IMG/VR virus record: IMGVR_UViG_3300017705_000568 | Coordinates: 1 to 34,819 of that record | Origin: a virus | Lineage: Duplodnaviria > Caudoviricetes | Strand: one strand, 5' to 3' | Length of the DNA: 34,819 nucleotides | Part shown: piece after piece, positions 10,170 to 19,508 of the stretch | Position numbering within the stretch: the first letter of the stretch is position 1 | How the letters are laid out: each line of letters starts with the position of its first letter | Translations under genes and position numbers: made by a program | Notes under the pieces: model-generated | Seen by the model: only the letters and a program-made list of their open reading frames with translations | The model's database searches: none | Told to the model about the DNA's origin: nothing

Positions 10170-11260
10170 TATAGAATATCCACTCCTACTGGGGAAATCG
10201 TTACGATTGTGCTTCCTACTATCATTTGAATCGATGCGGGTGTCATAGTAAACGTGGAGGCGCCTACTGTCATTGTTATTTTGCTTCCTGCTGTTATCTT
10301 AACCTCTTTATCGGCATTGATTTCTGTGTTTGATGCTGTCTTAATTTTACAATTAGCTTTGTGCACGTCAACTTTAACATCTCCAGAACCCGCTTGTTCT
10401 ATTGCAAAATCTCCGCTGCCTCCAGAAATCATATGGTGCACTTCCCCCGAGTTAGAAGTCCAATGAATATTCTTACCTACATAACCTTCTAAAGAGTCAG
10501 GACCTGCGCCTTCATCATTCCCGGCGCTACTTCGTATTTTAACTTGGTTATCGTTTTCATCTACCAGATGTATAATCTCGCCTCCATCTTTGGAGTCCGC
10601 GTCACTTAAAATAATACGCTTATTTCCGTGAGTCTTTACTTTAATCTCGTCTATATGCTTATCGTCCACATGCTTTTCGGTCATAGAGATAAGGTGCTGA
10701 GACGGATGCTTAATAATAAATGAGTTCGGCTGATTATTATCGTGGTATATGTTGCTATCTGAGCCTCCGTTGGTAGGAACTCCGTAAGTTCTTACCGGTG
10801 TATCGTCGGGCGCGGAGCCGTCATCAGGTATTTCATCTAAAATAAGGTCTTTCTGCCCGCGCTCATATGGTTGGGGTTTAGAATCAGAGGTCACAGTCGT
10901 AGGTACATAAACCCCTCCTAACCACATATAGTCACAAGGAGGGTCATCGGGACACATGTTTTTGGCGATGACGACAGTAGAGCCAATTCCAGGAGTCATT
11001 AACATACCATACCCTGCGCCTGCACAAGGCTGGGAGGCGTGGACCCACCTAGGGCTGGAGCCAAAGGGCTTTGCCTTCACATATAGTTTACCGGCATGGT
11101 CCCCGTCTTTCGCGTTAACAACCGTGCCTAGGAATATGATAGGGTCAACTTCTTTATCCTGGAAGGGAACTGTGGTCGGGTCGTCGTCAAACGCGGCTAC
11201 TGCAGCCTCAGCCACACCGCCGAGAACTGTTCTATCTGCTAACCATTGTAAAACTCCCAT
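10169..11260 (-). CDS. Baseplate central spike, gp5/gpV/VgrG-like (OB fold plus beta-helix)
   Basis: LGTVVNAKDGDHAGKLYVK...W....PCAGAGYGMLMTPGIGSTVVI OB-fold pattern; C-terminal beta repeats (ITAGSKITMTVGASTFTMTPASI); no lysozyme domain apparent. Confidence 0.85.
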   Translation of the reverse strand: MGVLQWLADRTVLGGVAEAAVAAFDDDPTTVPFQDKEVDPIIFLGTVVNAKDGDHAGKLYVKAKPFGSSPRWVHASQPCAGAGYGMLMTPGIGSTVVIAKNMCPDDPPCDYMWLGGVYVPTTVTSDSKPQPYERGQKDLILDEIPDDGSAPDDTPVRTYGVPTNGGSDSNIYHDNNQPNSFIIKHPSQHLISMTEKHVDDKHIDEIKVKTHGNKRIILSDADSKDGGEIIHLVDENDNQVKIRSSAGNDEGAGPDSLEGYVGKNIHWTSNSGEVHHMISGGSGDFAIEQAGSGDVKVDVHKANCKIKTASNTEINADKEVKITAGSKITMTVGASTFTMTPASIQMIVGSTIVTISPVGVDIL

Positions 11261-11275
11261 AATAATATTACAGTA

Positions 11276-14191
11276 CTAATTCACATTATGTTGATATGTT
11301 TTTCCGAATTTAGCCATTAAAGAAGCATCTTTCATTAAACTAAATTCAGTGATATAACCTTTTGAAGGGTCAATTTTATGTTTTAAACCTAAGATTCTGT
11401 ACGGACCAGAGAGCCAGTGGTTGGACTGGGGAGACCTAGGTTCCCTTACTTCAAGAAGAAATCTCCGGTGCTGCATTTCTGCCACAGGGAGGTCCATCTC
11501 TGGAATCCCTAATGTAGATATTTTTAGTTGCCATGCTTCCTTTCCTACCTTTACCGCAAACGCAGCGGCGTTGTCAAAGACTCGATTTTCCCCGGTGTTA
11601 GTAAACTGTTCGACAATGGACAGGTCTAGCCGTTTTCTTAGAATGAAAGTCTTTTTCTGCTTAACCTTAAGCTTCCCACCCTCCATTACATGAGCAATGT
11701 GTTGTCGTTGCTCGTTCTTCTGGGAGTCGATATTGGAAGTCGGGAATAGCATATTCTTCATATTTCGGTCTCTCACGATAGAAAAGAATATTCTAAAATC
11801 TTCGGCGCTGTATTTTTTATCATTATTCTCACCATAAACCAAGCCGTCAAATGCTTCTTGGTCGTGGGTGTACGCTTTAGCCATACTATCAAGAAAAGAT
11901 ATAGTATCTCCAGTAACTTCATTTACTGATTCCGCTGTATCTTTTTCGGTTCCAGTAATATCGGTTATTTTAAAGGTTACCTTAGACGCTCCGGAAACAT
12001 CCGCAGAGCCTTCCGCTCCACTATGGTCTATAATGTAATTAATCATCCCCTGTAACTTATGACCGGCGTCTGCTTTACTCCCTCCAAAAAATTCTCTAAA
12101 GTCGTTTTGCTGCCTCACCATGTAATTTGACTGCATTAAATCGAACAAAGCCCTATTATCAGATTTAAAATCCAATTTACCTACAATAGAATCAGGAAAC
12201 CCATACCGCATCCAAACCAGACCGTTGTGTTCTGGGGCATCGGACACAATTTCAGGGAAAGAATAAATCCGGCTAACCAGGAATTTCTGAGCTATGTCAT
12301 GTCTTAGCACATGTTCAGACGCTATAATCAAAACCTGGTCATACTTTTTCAAGTCATTGAACCCTATCTCAATACGTTCGGCTTTTTCAACTTCTCCATA
12401 ATCTGCGGGCTTAGCCTGTGTATCCATTTTCAAAGCTACGGCTAATTCCTCTAGCTCAGTATTAGTTAACATATTTAAGTTAATAGGTTGCATAGACAAT
12501 GGGTCCTGCGCTGTCCCTAAGATAAACTGATTGATAGCTTTAATTACATTTTTAAGTACCTTGTCTATAGGAGTAGACCCTATCGTACCTAATGTCGCGT
12601 AGTATTGTTGTGCCCCCATTTTTATGCCGGTCGATATTTTACCCCCTTTACTGTCGAGGTCGGGCTCCTGTTTGTATTCATCCGGCAATGCTACCTTCTT
12701 CCCACCAGGAAGTACCGTAGCAGTAAGTTCACCAGTAGCGTCATCGTGCTGTCTTTGAGTTGCGGCTAAGACTTGCATTACTGTTTTCTTCCCTTCGTTA
12801 GTGAGCTCGTAGTCATAAGCCCTACCTTCCACCTCAACCTCCGGATTACCTAGTACCTCTCCCGCCCCTTGTCGTCCAGCCAGTATACTTTCTAGGTCAT
12901 TACAGCTCATGTCCTCGCCACCTGTGAGAGACCACCCGGCACCTTCTTCCATCATCAGCTCTACCGTTTCGCCAGTCGGATTACCCCGCCAGTCCAACTC
13001 GTACACTTCAACCAAGAACGGTTCTATAACATCCTTATCTTTAAAATCCGCTAAACTTTCCCCTACTAGCTGACCCTCTTCGAGAGTAAAATCAAATTCA
13101 TCCTCCACTAGATTGGGCGGAGCGTCCTTCTTCCCCGATTGGTTCTTAGCGAGAAGAAACTGTTGTTCAGAATCAGACAAGGATATACCTAACTTAAGAT
13201 TCATTCCTAGAGAGTTGAGTAGATATTTGTAAGCTTGCGCGATGATATTAGCATTTATTTCGCCAGCCTTCTTCTCGCTTTTATCTGCTAACTTGGCAAG
13301 GTCCGTAGGAATTTTAGACGTTAGAGATTCATTCAATGCGTCTAATTCCGCTTTTGAAAACTCAATCTCCCCTGAAGATATATCGTCCGGGGAACCCCCT
13401 CCCCCATGAACGTCTTTTCTAGCTTGGGATACTGTGTCATCCCCGGGCTTATTCAAAGCCATTACCATGCGTGCGAAAGCCTGGTCTATAGAACCTGTAT
13501 AGGAAGGGAAGCCCCCTTGTAAATTACCCCAAACAAATGTTGACGGAAAAATCGATGCGTAGTAAGTTATTATCTCCGATACCACCTCTGAGGGTCGTCG
13601 GAATTTATCCTCGTCGATTATAGGAATGGTTACTGCGTGTCCTTTGTTATTGAATTTATCACTTTTGCTTGTGTAAGAAAAAGGGTCTACCAAAACCAAA
13701 TTAACTTCTTTATCTTTATTAGCGGCTAACTTAAATGAAGCCTCAGTTAAAATAGCTTTATGGATTCTAGAAACCCCGTCCGTTTGCTTAGGACCGTACC
13801 CCCACCGAATAAACACCTGTGGCATAGTAGGGCTGGAGGAAGTGTCGAAGTTGGACGTTGCCAGCCCTGTCGTTCTTTCCTCATCGCGGACCATATTATC
13901 ATAAGTACCTTTGTCCAAAGGGTATAGTTTCGCATAATGCTTCATTATACTATGCTCGAACTCAGCCGTAGGGTTTATCAGCTTTACCCTATACCCCATC
14001 TCACCCTTTTTTTGGTCGAAATTGAATTCAAAAGACCTTAAAGTGTTCTTTAAATCAAATATATCGTCAGTTCTTTTGTGTGAAGGATTTATTAAATCCT
14101 GCTTATTGAACGACATCCACACCTGCGGCACAAAGTTTGCTTTGAACGCTTTGGTTGTGGTGGGGTTGTCATGTATTCTAGGGTCTGCCAT
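11276..14191 (-). CDS. Large baseplate hub protein, gp27/gpD-like
   Basis: N-terminal RVKLINP...VFIRWGY and C-terminal KISTLGIP...WLSGPYRILGLKHKIDPSKGYITEFSLMK hub motifs; lies between the gp53-like and spike genes. Confidence 0.7.
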   Translation of the reverse strand: MADPRIHDNPTTTKAFKANFVPQVWMSFNKQDLINPSHKRTDDIFDLKNTLRSFEFNFDQKKGEMGYRVKLINPTAEFEHSIMKHYAKLYPLDKGTYDNMVRDEERTTGLATSNFDTSSSPTMPQVFIRWGYGPKQTDGVSRIHKAILTEASFKLAANKDKEVNLVLVDPFSYTSKSDKFNNKGHAVTIPIIDEDKFRRPSEVVSEIITYYASIFPSTFVWGNLQGGFPSYTGSIDQAFARMVMALNKPGDDTVSQARKDVHGGGGSPDDISSGEIEFSKAELDALNESLTSKIPTDLAKLADKSEKKAGEINANIIAQAYKYLLNSLGMNLKLGISLSDSEQQFLLAKNQSGKKDAPPNLVEDEFDFTLEEGQLVGESLADFKDKDVIEPFLVEVYELDWRGNPTGETVELMMEEGAGWSLTGGEDMSCNDLESILAGRQGAGEVLGNPEVEVEGRAYDYELTNEGKKTVMQVLAATQRQHDDATGELTATVLPGGKKVALPDEYKQEPDLDSKGGKISTGIKMGAQQYYATLGTIGSTPIDKVLKNVIKAINQFILGTAQDPLSMQPINLNMLTNTELEELAVALKMDTQAKPADYGEVEKAERIEIGFNDLKKYDQVLIIASEHVLRHDIAQKFLVSRIYSFPEIVSDAPEHNGLVWMRYGFPDSIVGKLDFKSDNRALFDLMQSNYMVRQQNDFREFFGGSKADAGHKLQGMINYIIDHSGAEGSADVSGASKVTFKITDITGTEKDTAESVNEVTGDTISFLDSMAKAYTHDQEAFDGLVYGENNDKKYSAEDFRIFFSIVRDRNMKNMLFPTSNIDSQKNEQRQHIAHVMEGGKLKVKQKKTFILRKRLDLSIVEQFTNTGENRVFDNAAAFAVKVGKEAWQLKISTLGIPEMDLPVAEMQHRRFLLEVREPRSPQSNHWLSGPYRILGLKHKIDPSKGYITEFSLMKDASLMAKFGKTYQHNVN

Positions 14192-14192
14192 T

Positions 14193-14480
14193 TTATAACT
14201 GAGGAATTACTATCTGTTTTCCAGCTTTTAAATCTACAAGCTCATCAAAGACGTTGTTTGCCAAGTTTATAACCCACCATAAGTCCGGGCTACCGTAAGC
14301 ATCATTAGCGATAAGGTCGGGTCTCCCTTCCATCCCAGCAGGTACTATCGCTAACTTCTTAGGCATACTATCAAGATTGTCAACAAAATTTTGAAAAGGT
14401 ACAGAAAAGGATGTCACGTCCACGGGTTTCCCCCTGTGTATACGCGTTCTTTTATCAAAAAATCTATTTCGCTCAGACAT
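14193..14480 (-). CDS. Baseplate wedge protein gp53 / LysM (tail X)-like
   Basis: EGRPDLIANDAYGSPDLWWVINLANN...LKAGKQIVIP signature. Confidence 0.9.
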   Translation of the reverse strand: MSERNRFFDKRTRIHRGKPVDVTSFSVPFQNFVDNLDSMPKKLAIVPAGMEGRPDLIANDAYGSPDLWWVINLANNVFDELVDLKAGKQIVIPQL

Positions 14481-15662
14481 TTAATCACTCTCGTCTACAG
14501 GTAAAGGGTCGATGTGACCGAGCTGATGAAGGGACTGCCATCCAGGAAGGTCTCCCTTAATCATTGAGTTGTCCGAATGTAAGTTCCCGTGTATTCCTCT
14601 CATCTCTTCTAATGTTAAAGCCACCTTAATCCTATTTGGGAATAAGGTTCTCGTTTCGTACCCAGCAGTTTCCACTACGGAAAGTTTGTACTGTTTTACA
14701 ATACACGGAACGTTATTATAAAGACTTCCAAATTTTAACAGACAGATAGGAGGACCGGCAATTCGGTCGCCTCCGCTGTTAATAACTGAAGCCCTGATAT
14801 GATTAACTGCGTAATGAAGAAAATCCATAACAGCATGGAACTTTTTGCCGGGGAAGGTTACCGCATTATGCTGGTACTCATTAAAATCATTAATGTTGGC
14901 TTGTCCTAAAAGCTTTTCCCCACCAACACCGGACACGGCATCCGATTGCGGAATATCCTTGATATCTTTTTTTAGACTAACGTCCCAAGCTACGATACTA
15001 TTTAAATACTCTGTTATTTGTTTCTGATTTAAATCATCTCCTTCTTTTGCTGCAGCTGTGCTCATCCTTTTCTTGCTTAACCAATCCCAAGAGCCGTTAC
15101 CCCGAAAGAACTCTGCGATGTGAGGTACAGTCATATGAAAATTAACCGTTAACTTTCTTGGCTTGGTGTAAGTGTACAGCCTGGCAGTGTCGTTCCTGAG
15201 GTAAATCTTAGTTTGAGCGTAATTTGCCTGCCTAGTCTCGGTGATTGTAGGGTTTTCGTAGAAGGGCAGGATTCGCGTTGCCTGCTCTGTTCCCCCCGCA
15301 GGGTCAAATGCGTAGTTGAAAGCTAAGTACCCGCGCTCTTCTAGCTTGTTATCGAAGGGGCGATTATTCTTACGCGTATCTACAGGTAGATTTTCTCTTG
15401 TTCTAAGGTTCGGGACAGTTGGATTGGAAGTGTTAGTACTCCACATGAAATTTAAGGGGTCATCGCCTTGCTTTTGCATCACCGTAGAGGAGAAATAATG
15501 CCCAGCAAGACCGAATCCTTTCTGGTTTACAATCTCCTCATTGGGAGTACCTTTCCACTTGGAATTCTCTTCAGCGCTCGCTAGCGCTTTGGGAACTATG
15601 TCCGAGTTTGGTGATAGGGGCGTTTGTTGGTCCCCTCCGAATAAATCATTTAAAAGTCCCAT
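14481..15662 (-). CDS. Tail tube initiator (gp48/gp54 / CIS tube-initiator-like)
   Basis: ITETRQANY...R....LYTYTKPRKLTVNF and GPPICLLKFGSLYNNVPCIVKQY...IKVALTLEE; sits between tape measure and LysM genes. Confidence 0.75.
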   Translation of the reverse strand: MGLLNDLFGGDQQTPLSPNSDIVPKALASAEENSKWKGTPNEEIVNQKGFGLAGHYFSSTVMQKQGDDPLNFMWSTNTSNPTVPNLRTRENLPVDTRKNNRPFDNKLEERGYLAFNYAFDPAGGTEQATRILPFYENPTITETRQANYAQTKIYLRNDTARLYTYTKPRKLTVNFHMTVPHIAEFFRGNGSWDWLSKKRMSTAAAKEGDDLNQKQITEYLNSIVAWDVSLKKDIKDIPQSDAVSGVGGEKLLGQANINDFNEYQHNAVTFPGKKFHAVMDFLHYAVNHIRASVINSGGDRIAGPPICLLKFGSLYNNVPCIVKQYKLSVVETAGYETRTLFPNRIKVALTLEEMRGIHGNLHSDNSMIKGDLPGWQSLHQLGHIDPLPVDESD

Positions 15663-17863
15663 TATTGTGTGTCCCTGCCATCAAGCGCTTCCTGTCCTTG
15701 GTCCACTACGGTACCCGTTAATTCATTTCCCTCAGAGCGTTGCTCGTTGGCTTCGCTCGTCATCTGTGTTAACTCTCCCATCATGGCAGTATTAAGAGCC
15801 ATATCCCGTGCAATAGTGAATAGAGGGTTATCCGTCTCGTCTCTCATCTGTTTTTCTTTTCCTAGTTCAACTAGGTCTTGGAGATGAGCGGTTTGAATGT
15901 CTCGTTTTTCATCAGCTTCTTCATTATCTGAGTGCATAACATACGCCATCGCGGCGATACCTCCAGCTACAACAGCTAGGGTAGCCCCTCCACTCCAGGT
16001 AGCACCAGCAACAGCAGCAATCATCGCATGTATCGGTTGCCAAGCAAGGTTTGCTACATCAATAGCGAAGCTTTTCATATCCAATACTTTTTTCCAAGCA
16101 AAATGTCCGACTTGAAGAGCAGTTCGTTTCACACTTTGTACCCAAGAGAGTTTACTAAACGTCGCTGTTATTTTACTAAACAGTCCCATTTGCTGCATGA
16201 ACGGAAGTAACGTCATAGCTACCCCGGTGAGAGTCTGTAGACTTCTCTGGGATTCCATCTGCGCCTCTAACATAGCCTGTTCGCGCGCTGCCATACCATC
16301 GGGTTGAGCTTCCCACAACTTTTCATACTCTTGGTCATACCCCGCCGTGCCAGCGTCAAAGGCTCCCGTATCATAACTAATATCTTTCGTAATTACGCCA
16401 TTGTGCATTTCAAGGCTTCCGCCTGAACCGTAATCTTTTCCATAGGTTTCTCTATCTCTAATATTCGCTGCCATAGGTGCTGCTTCCATCTTAGACGCCG
16501 AGGCGGCTTTGGCGATTCCAGCAGCCATTACTCCAGCTCCAAGTATGGCTCCTATGTTGTTTTTCATGAAGCCGCCCATTGCTCCTCCAGCCCGCTGGGC
16601 TGTTTGGGCGGAATTTTTTATTGCATCCACAATTCGGTTGGTCCTGGCGTCGTCTCTCTTGTCTTTAATCATTGCAGGACCAACAAATGCCGCTATCATC
16701 CCTCCTCCCATAACCCAAGGAGCCATACCTCCTAACTTCTCAATCCATCCAGCCATAGTTTGCAATACAGGAAGAATCAACATTTGGAGCTTCCTCATCG
16801 TCTCATCAAGAGTAGCCATGGCATCATTTTGTTTCCTTTGATTAACATCGGACTGAATCATACCATTCACAGCCTCATCTAGAGAGCCCCCGTGCTCATC
16901 TAACATTTTCTCAGCGAGGTTAAACTGCTCAGTGGTAATCCCATACTGCTTCTCCATTGCTTCCAAGATGAAAGGGGTGGAGACATCATTACCAGCCTGC
17001 TCCCGAAGTTCAACGATTTTCCTGGATATCTGCTCCATTCCAGCAGCCATGCCGCCTTCGCCTCCTTGGGTCATTTGCATAGGGTCTACACCTAGCATCA
17101 TACTCCTCATCATACCAGCAGAGCCTGTCGTATAGTCCGAAATCATCTTGGTGGAAGCGTCTGCGAACTCCTGCCCTAAGGTTCCAATCATTCGGGCACT
17201 AACGACCTGCATAGCCTTAGCAGCTTCAGGACCAAAGGAGACGGTAGCTTTTAACAACGAGGACTTCATGGAGTTCATCGCAGCGACCATTTTATCACTA
17301 CTTATACCGTATGTCTTAGAAGTACTGTAAAGAGTATCAGCAAGAGCTACAGACTGCTCCTCTCCCAAACCCATAGCCTGAGTGTTGGATATAATATTCT
17401 GACCTAAAGCTCCTACTCCCAAACCCAAAGATTTAGCTCCTCCAAGGAACCCTAAGGTGGATTCGCTCATTTGAGCCATACCTAGACCAGCAGCTTCTTT
17501 GAAGACAGCGATACTGTCTGACATGTTTAGTCCTTGGTCTTGGAAGCTCCTATTGAACTTCTGCATGCCATCCGCACCCATTTGGCTGGTAGTTATTAAG
17601 GTTCTGGTAAGGTCAGTGTTAGCTTGGGCTAAACCTCCAAAGACTTGTCTTAGGCTGAATATATTGGTGGTCCAGGCAGCAATACCTCCTATCAGTTTCT
17701 TGTTAACCGATGCTAAGCCTTTTGTAGCGGTTAAATCCTTTTCTTCCGCTTTTTCCTGGGCATCCGCTCTTGCCTCTTGTTTCTCTAAACCAATAGCTAC
17801 ACGTTCTAGCATTTCGGCTAGAATCTTGTTTTGTTCGGACTTTTTCTTGTTTTGATTACCCAT
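15662..17863 (-). CDS. Tape measure protein
   Basis: 733 aa, Ala/Gly/Met-rich helical sequence with hydrophobic segments; canonical position upstream of tube initiator, LysM, hub and spike. Confidence 0.8.
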   Translation of the reverse strand: MGNQNKKKSEQNKILAEMLERVAIGLEKQEARADAQEKAEEKDLTATKGLASVNKKLIGGIAAWTTNIFSLRQVFGGLAQANTDLTRTLITTSQMGADGMQKFNRSFQDQGLNMSDSIAVFKEAAGLGMAQMSESTLGFLGGAKSLGLGVGALGQNIISNTQAMGLGEEQSVALADTLYSTSKTYGISSDKMVAAMNSMKSSLLKATVSFGPEAAKAMQVVSARMIGTLGQEFADASTKMISDYTTGSAGMMRSMMLGVDPMQMTQGGEGGMAAGMEQISRKIVELREQAGNDVSTPFILEAMEKQYGITTEQFNLAEKMLDEHGGSLDEAVNGMIQSDVNQRKQNDAMATLDETMRKLQMLILPVLQTMAGWIEKLGGMAPWVMGGGMIAAFVGPAMIKDKRDDARTNRIVDAIKNSAQTAQRAGGAMGGFMKNNIGAILGAGVMAAGIAKAASASKMEAAPMAANIRDRETYGKDYGSGGSLEMHNGVITKDISYDTGAFDAGTAGYDQEYEKLWEAQPDGMAAREQAMLEAQMESQRSLQTLTGVAMTLLPFMQQMGLFSKITATFSKLSWVQSVKRTALQVGHFAWKKVLDMKSFAIDVANLAWQPIHAMIAAVAGATWSGGATLAVVAGGIAAMAYVMHSDNEEADEKRDIQTAHLQDLVELGKEKQMRDETDNPLFTIARDMALNTAMMGELTQMTSEANEQRSEGNELTGTVVDQGQEALDGRDTQ

Positions 17864-18299
17864 CTATATTCAGAAACGTAGAGACGTCTATAGTATGTAG
17901 GCTTCTTATCTTACGTAGGTCATATGTGCGAACGTACTCTTCACGGTCTGGAAATGTTATATCTAGGGATTCCACATCGTTTAAACTTACATTAGTCCGT
18001 CCACCTAGCTCAGTCATAATCGTGGTTTGCTCATCCTGGCTAAATGCTCTTAAATCTACTCCGGTGAAGTAGCTGCGGGAAGGTCTTCGCCATTTACCGC
18101 TAGAGAGCCAAGCTCCTCCATGCAAAAGTAAAATAAGTGCATTTTGAGAGGATTTACTAGCTGTTGCACTCCTATAATAAAAGGAGTAAACACTGCCTAC
18201 AATTGACTTTACGCGAGATGTGGTACCTAGATGAACAGCACCTTTTTCTTCGCCGGGTAAATCTTTCGGCATTATTCGGTTCGTTTTAGAATCAGACAT
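17856..18299 (-). CDS. Hypothetical protein, possibly DNA end protector (T4 gp2)-like
   Basis: VGSVYSFYY...LILLL...YFTGVDL...YVRTYDLRKIRS loosely parallels the gp2 pattern; preceded by TATAAATA at 18310-18317. Confidence 0.45.
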   Translation of the reverse strand: MSDSKTNRIMPKDLPGEEKGAVHLGTTSRVKSIVGSVYSFYYRSATASKSSQNALILLLHGGAWLSSGKWRRPSRSYFTGVDLRAFSQDEQTTIMTELGGRTNVSLNDVESLDITFPDREEYVRTYDLRKIRSLHTIDVSTFLNIDG

Positions 18300-18332
18300 G
18301 ACTATATTATATTTATATAATTAAAAAAGAAT

Positions 18333-18695
18333 ATGGATACAAATACAGAAATACTAGAGTTCTTAGACCAAGTAGAGTATTGTTTATCCTTAAGGTTTAA
18401 AGAAAAATGGAGACATAGGTTTAGTTCTCATTTTATCTCAATATTTCAAGAGAAAATCTTACTAGCGATGACTAATCAAAAACCTTTGAAACGTTCTTCT
18501 TTAATATCTACGTATACAAAAAAATATAAATACAAAGAAGACGTGGTTATAGACTTCCTCACAGCTATTGATATAGAGAGTTATTACCCTATAGTATACG
18601 ATGATTCCTTTTCAAAGCGCAGAAAAGCTAGGTTAGCGGAGGAAAAGAAACTACTTAGAAACGGAAACAGGGCTCAAACTGAGCCCGACTACTAG
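18333..18695 (+). CDS. Hypothetical protein
   Basis: 120-aa ORF that fills the gap between two minus-strand genes. Confidence 0.7.
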   Translation: MDTNTEILEFLDQVEYCLSLRFKEKWRHRFSSHFISIFQEKILLAMTNQKPLKRSSLISTYTKKYKYKEDVVIDFLTAIDIESYYPIVYDDSFSKRRKARLAEEKKLLRNGNRAQTEPDY

Positions 18696-18701
18696 TCACC
18701 C

Positions 18702-19508
18702 TCAGCGGTTAGGCTTTATGCCTAGCGGTACTCTTTTCTTAGTAGCCTTTTTGGCTTTAATAGCCTCTTCCAGCATAGGTACTGTCCCTCCAAACTTAGG
18801 ACACAATTCTTTGTATCCACACCAGTCACAGAACTGATTTAACATTGGAGGGAACTCATGCTTTTTTCGCTTACGTATCTCCCAAACCTTCTGAGTAAGC
18901 TTTTTCATATGAAGTCCGACGTGGTTACCAGTATATTTCACGGTAACCAGTTTATCGAGATGCGGATAGTAGTGAGCTAAGGTAATGTCCTCAATAGGTA
19001 CTTTGTACATCTTGGACACTGCATATGCGTAGATTATCATCTGATGGTCGTTGAATAGGTCTTTCTTCGTAGCAGGTCTCTTGGACGTTTTATAGTCAAT
19101 AACAAGATATTTGCCTGTCTTACCTTTTACTATACGGTCAATAATTCCGTTTACCGCGTAATCATCTATAACGTCAACACTGAATATTTGTTCAGTAGAA
19201 ACGTGTTCGGTTAAAGTATCGTTAAATCTTAGAAAGTTTTCTAAGCATTTTATGATTTTTTCATCGGAATAACCATTAAAGTGATAATTGGGTCGTAAAT
19301 TGGTCGCGAGCTCCTTTAATGATGCTAGAGATGAACAATTTACGCCGTCCTCGAAAATCTTGTGAATGTACGACCCGAACTGAAGGGCGTCCTTCGTGGT
19401 ATTCTTGTTGTACTCGTCCTTCAAATAGAACACGTACTTGTACATGTACTTGGCTTTACACTCGTCGTACACTTTTATCTTCGATGGGGAAACTTTATTT
19501 ATAAACAT
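18702..19508 (-). CDS. RecB-family PD-(D/E)XK exonuclease with 4-Cys Fe-S staple (Cas4/AddB-like)
   Basis: SPSKIKVYDEC, FGSYIHKIFE, GIIDRI, IDYKT, QMIIYA and C-terminal FCDWCGYKELC. Confidence 0.9.
   Translation of the reverse strand: MFINKVSPSKIKVYDECKAKYMYKYVFYLKDEYNKNTTKDALQFGSYIHKIFEDGVNCSSLASLKELATNLRPNYHFNGYSDEKIIKCLENFLRFNDTLTEHVSTEQIFSVDVIDDYAVNGIIDRIVKGKTGKYLVIDYKTSKRPATKKDLFNDHQMIIYAYAVSKMYKVPIEDITLAHYYPHLDKLVTVKYTGNHVGLHMKKLTQKVWEIRKRKKHEFPPMLNQFCDWCGYKELCPKFGGTVPMLEEAIKAKKATKKRVPLGIKPNR

Noticed and set aside
3949-17855. Numerous 60-120 aa plus-strand ORFs opposite structural genes
   Set aside because: Antisense shadows with no motifs or start signals; the same applies to those opposite the portal, terminase and core genes
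1-17863. Bacterial eCIS/T6SS or tailocin locus
   Set aside because: Terminase, portal, primase and helicase in the same window indicate a phage genome
19362-19508. N-terminal primase extension in the ORF track
   Set aside because: It is the antisense of the conserved nuclease N-terminus; the primase-like sequence starts at 19509. The same reasoning trims the starts at 22454, 27595, 30366 and 33230.
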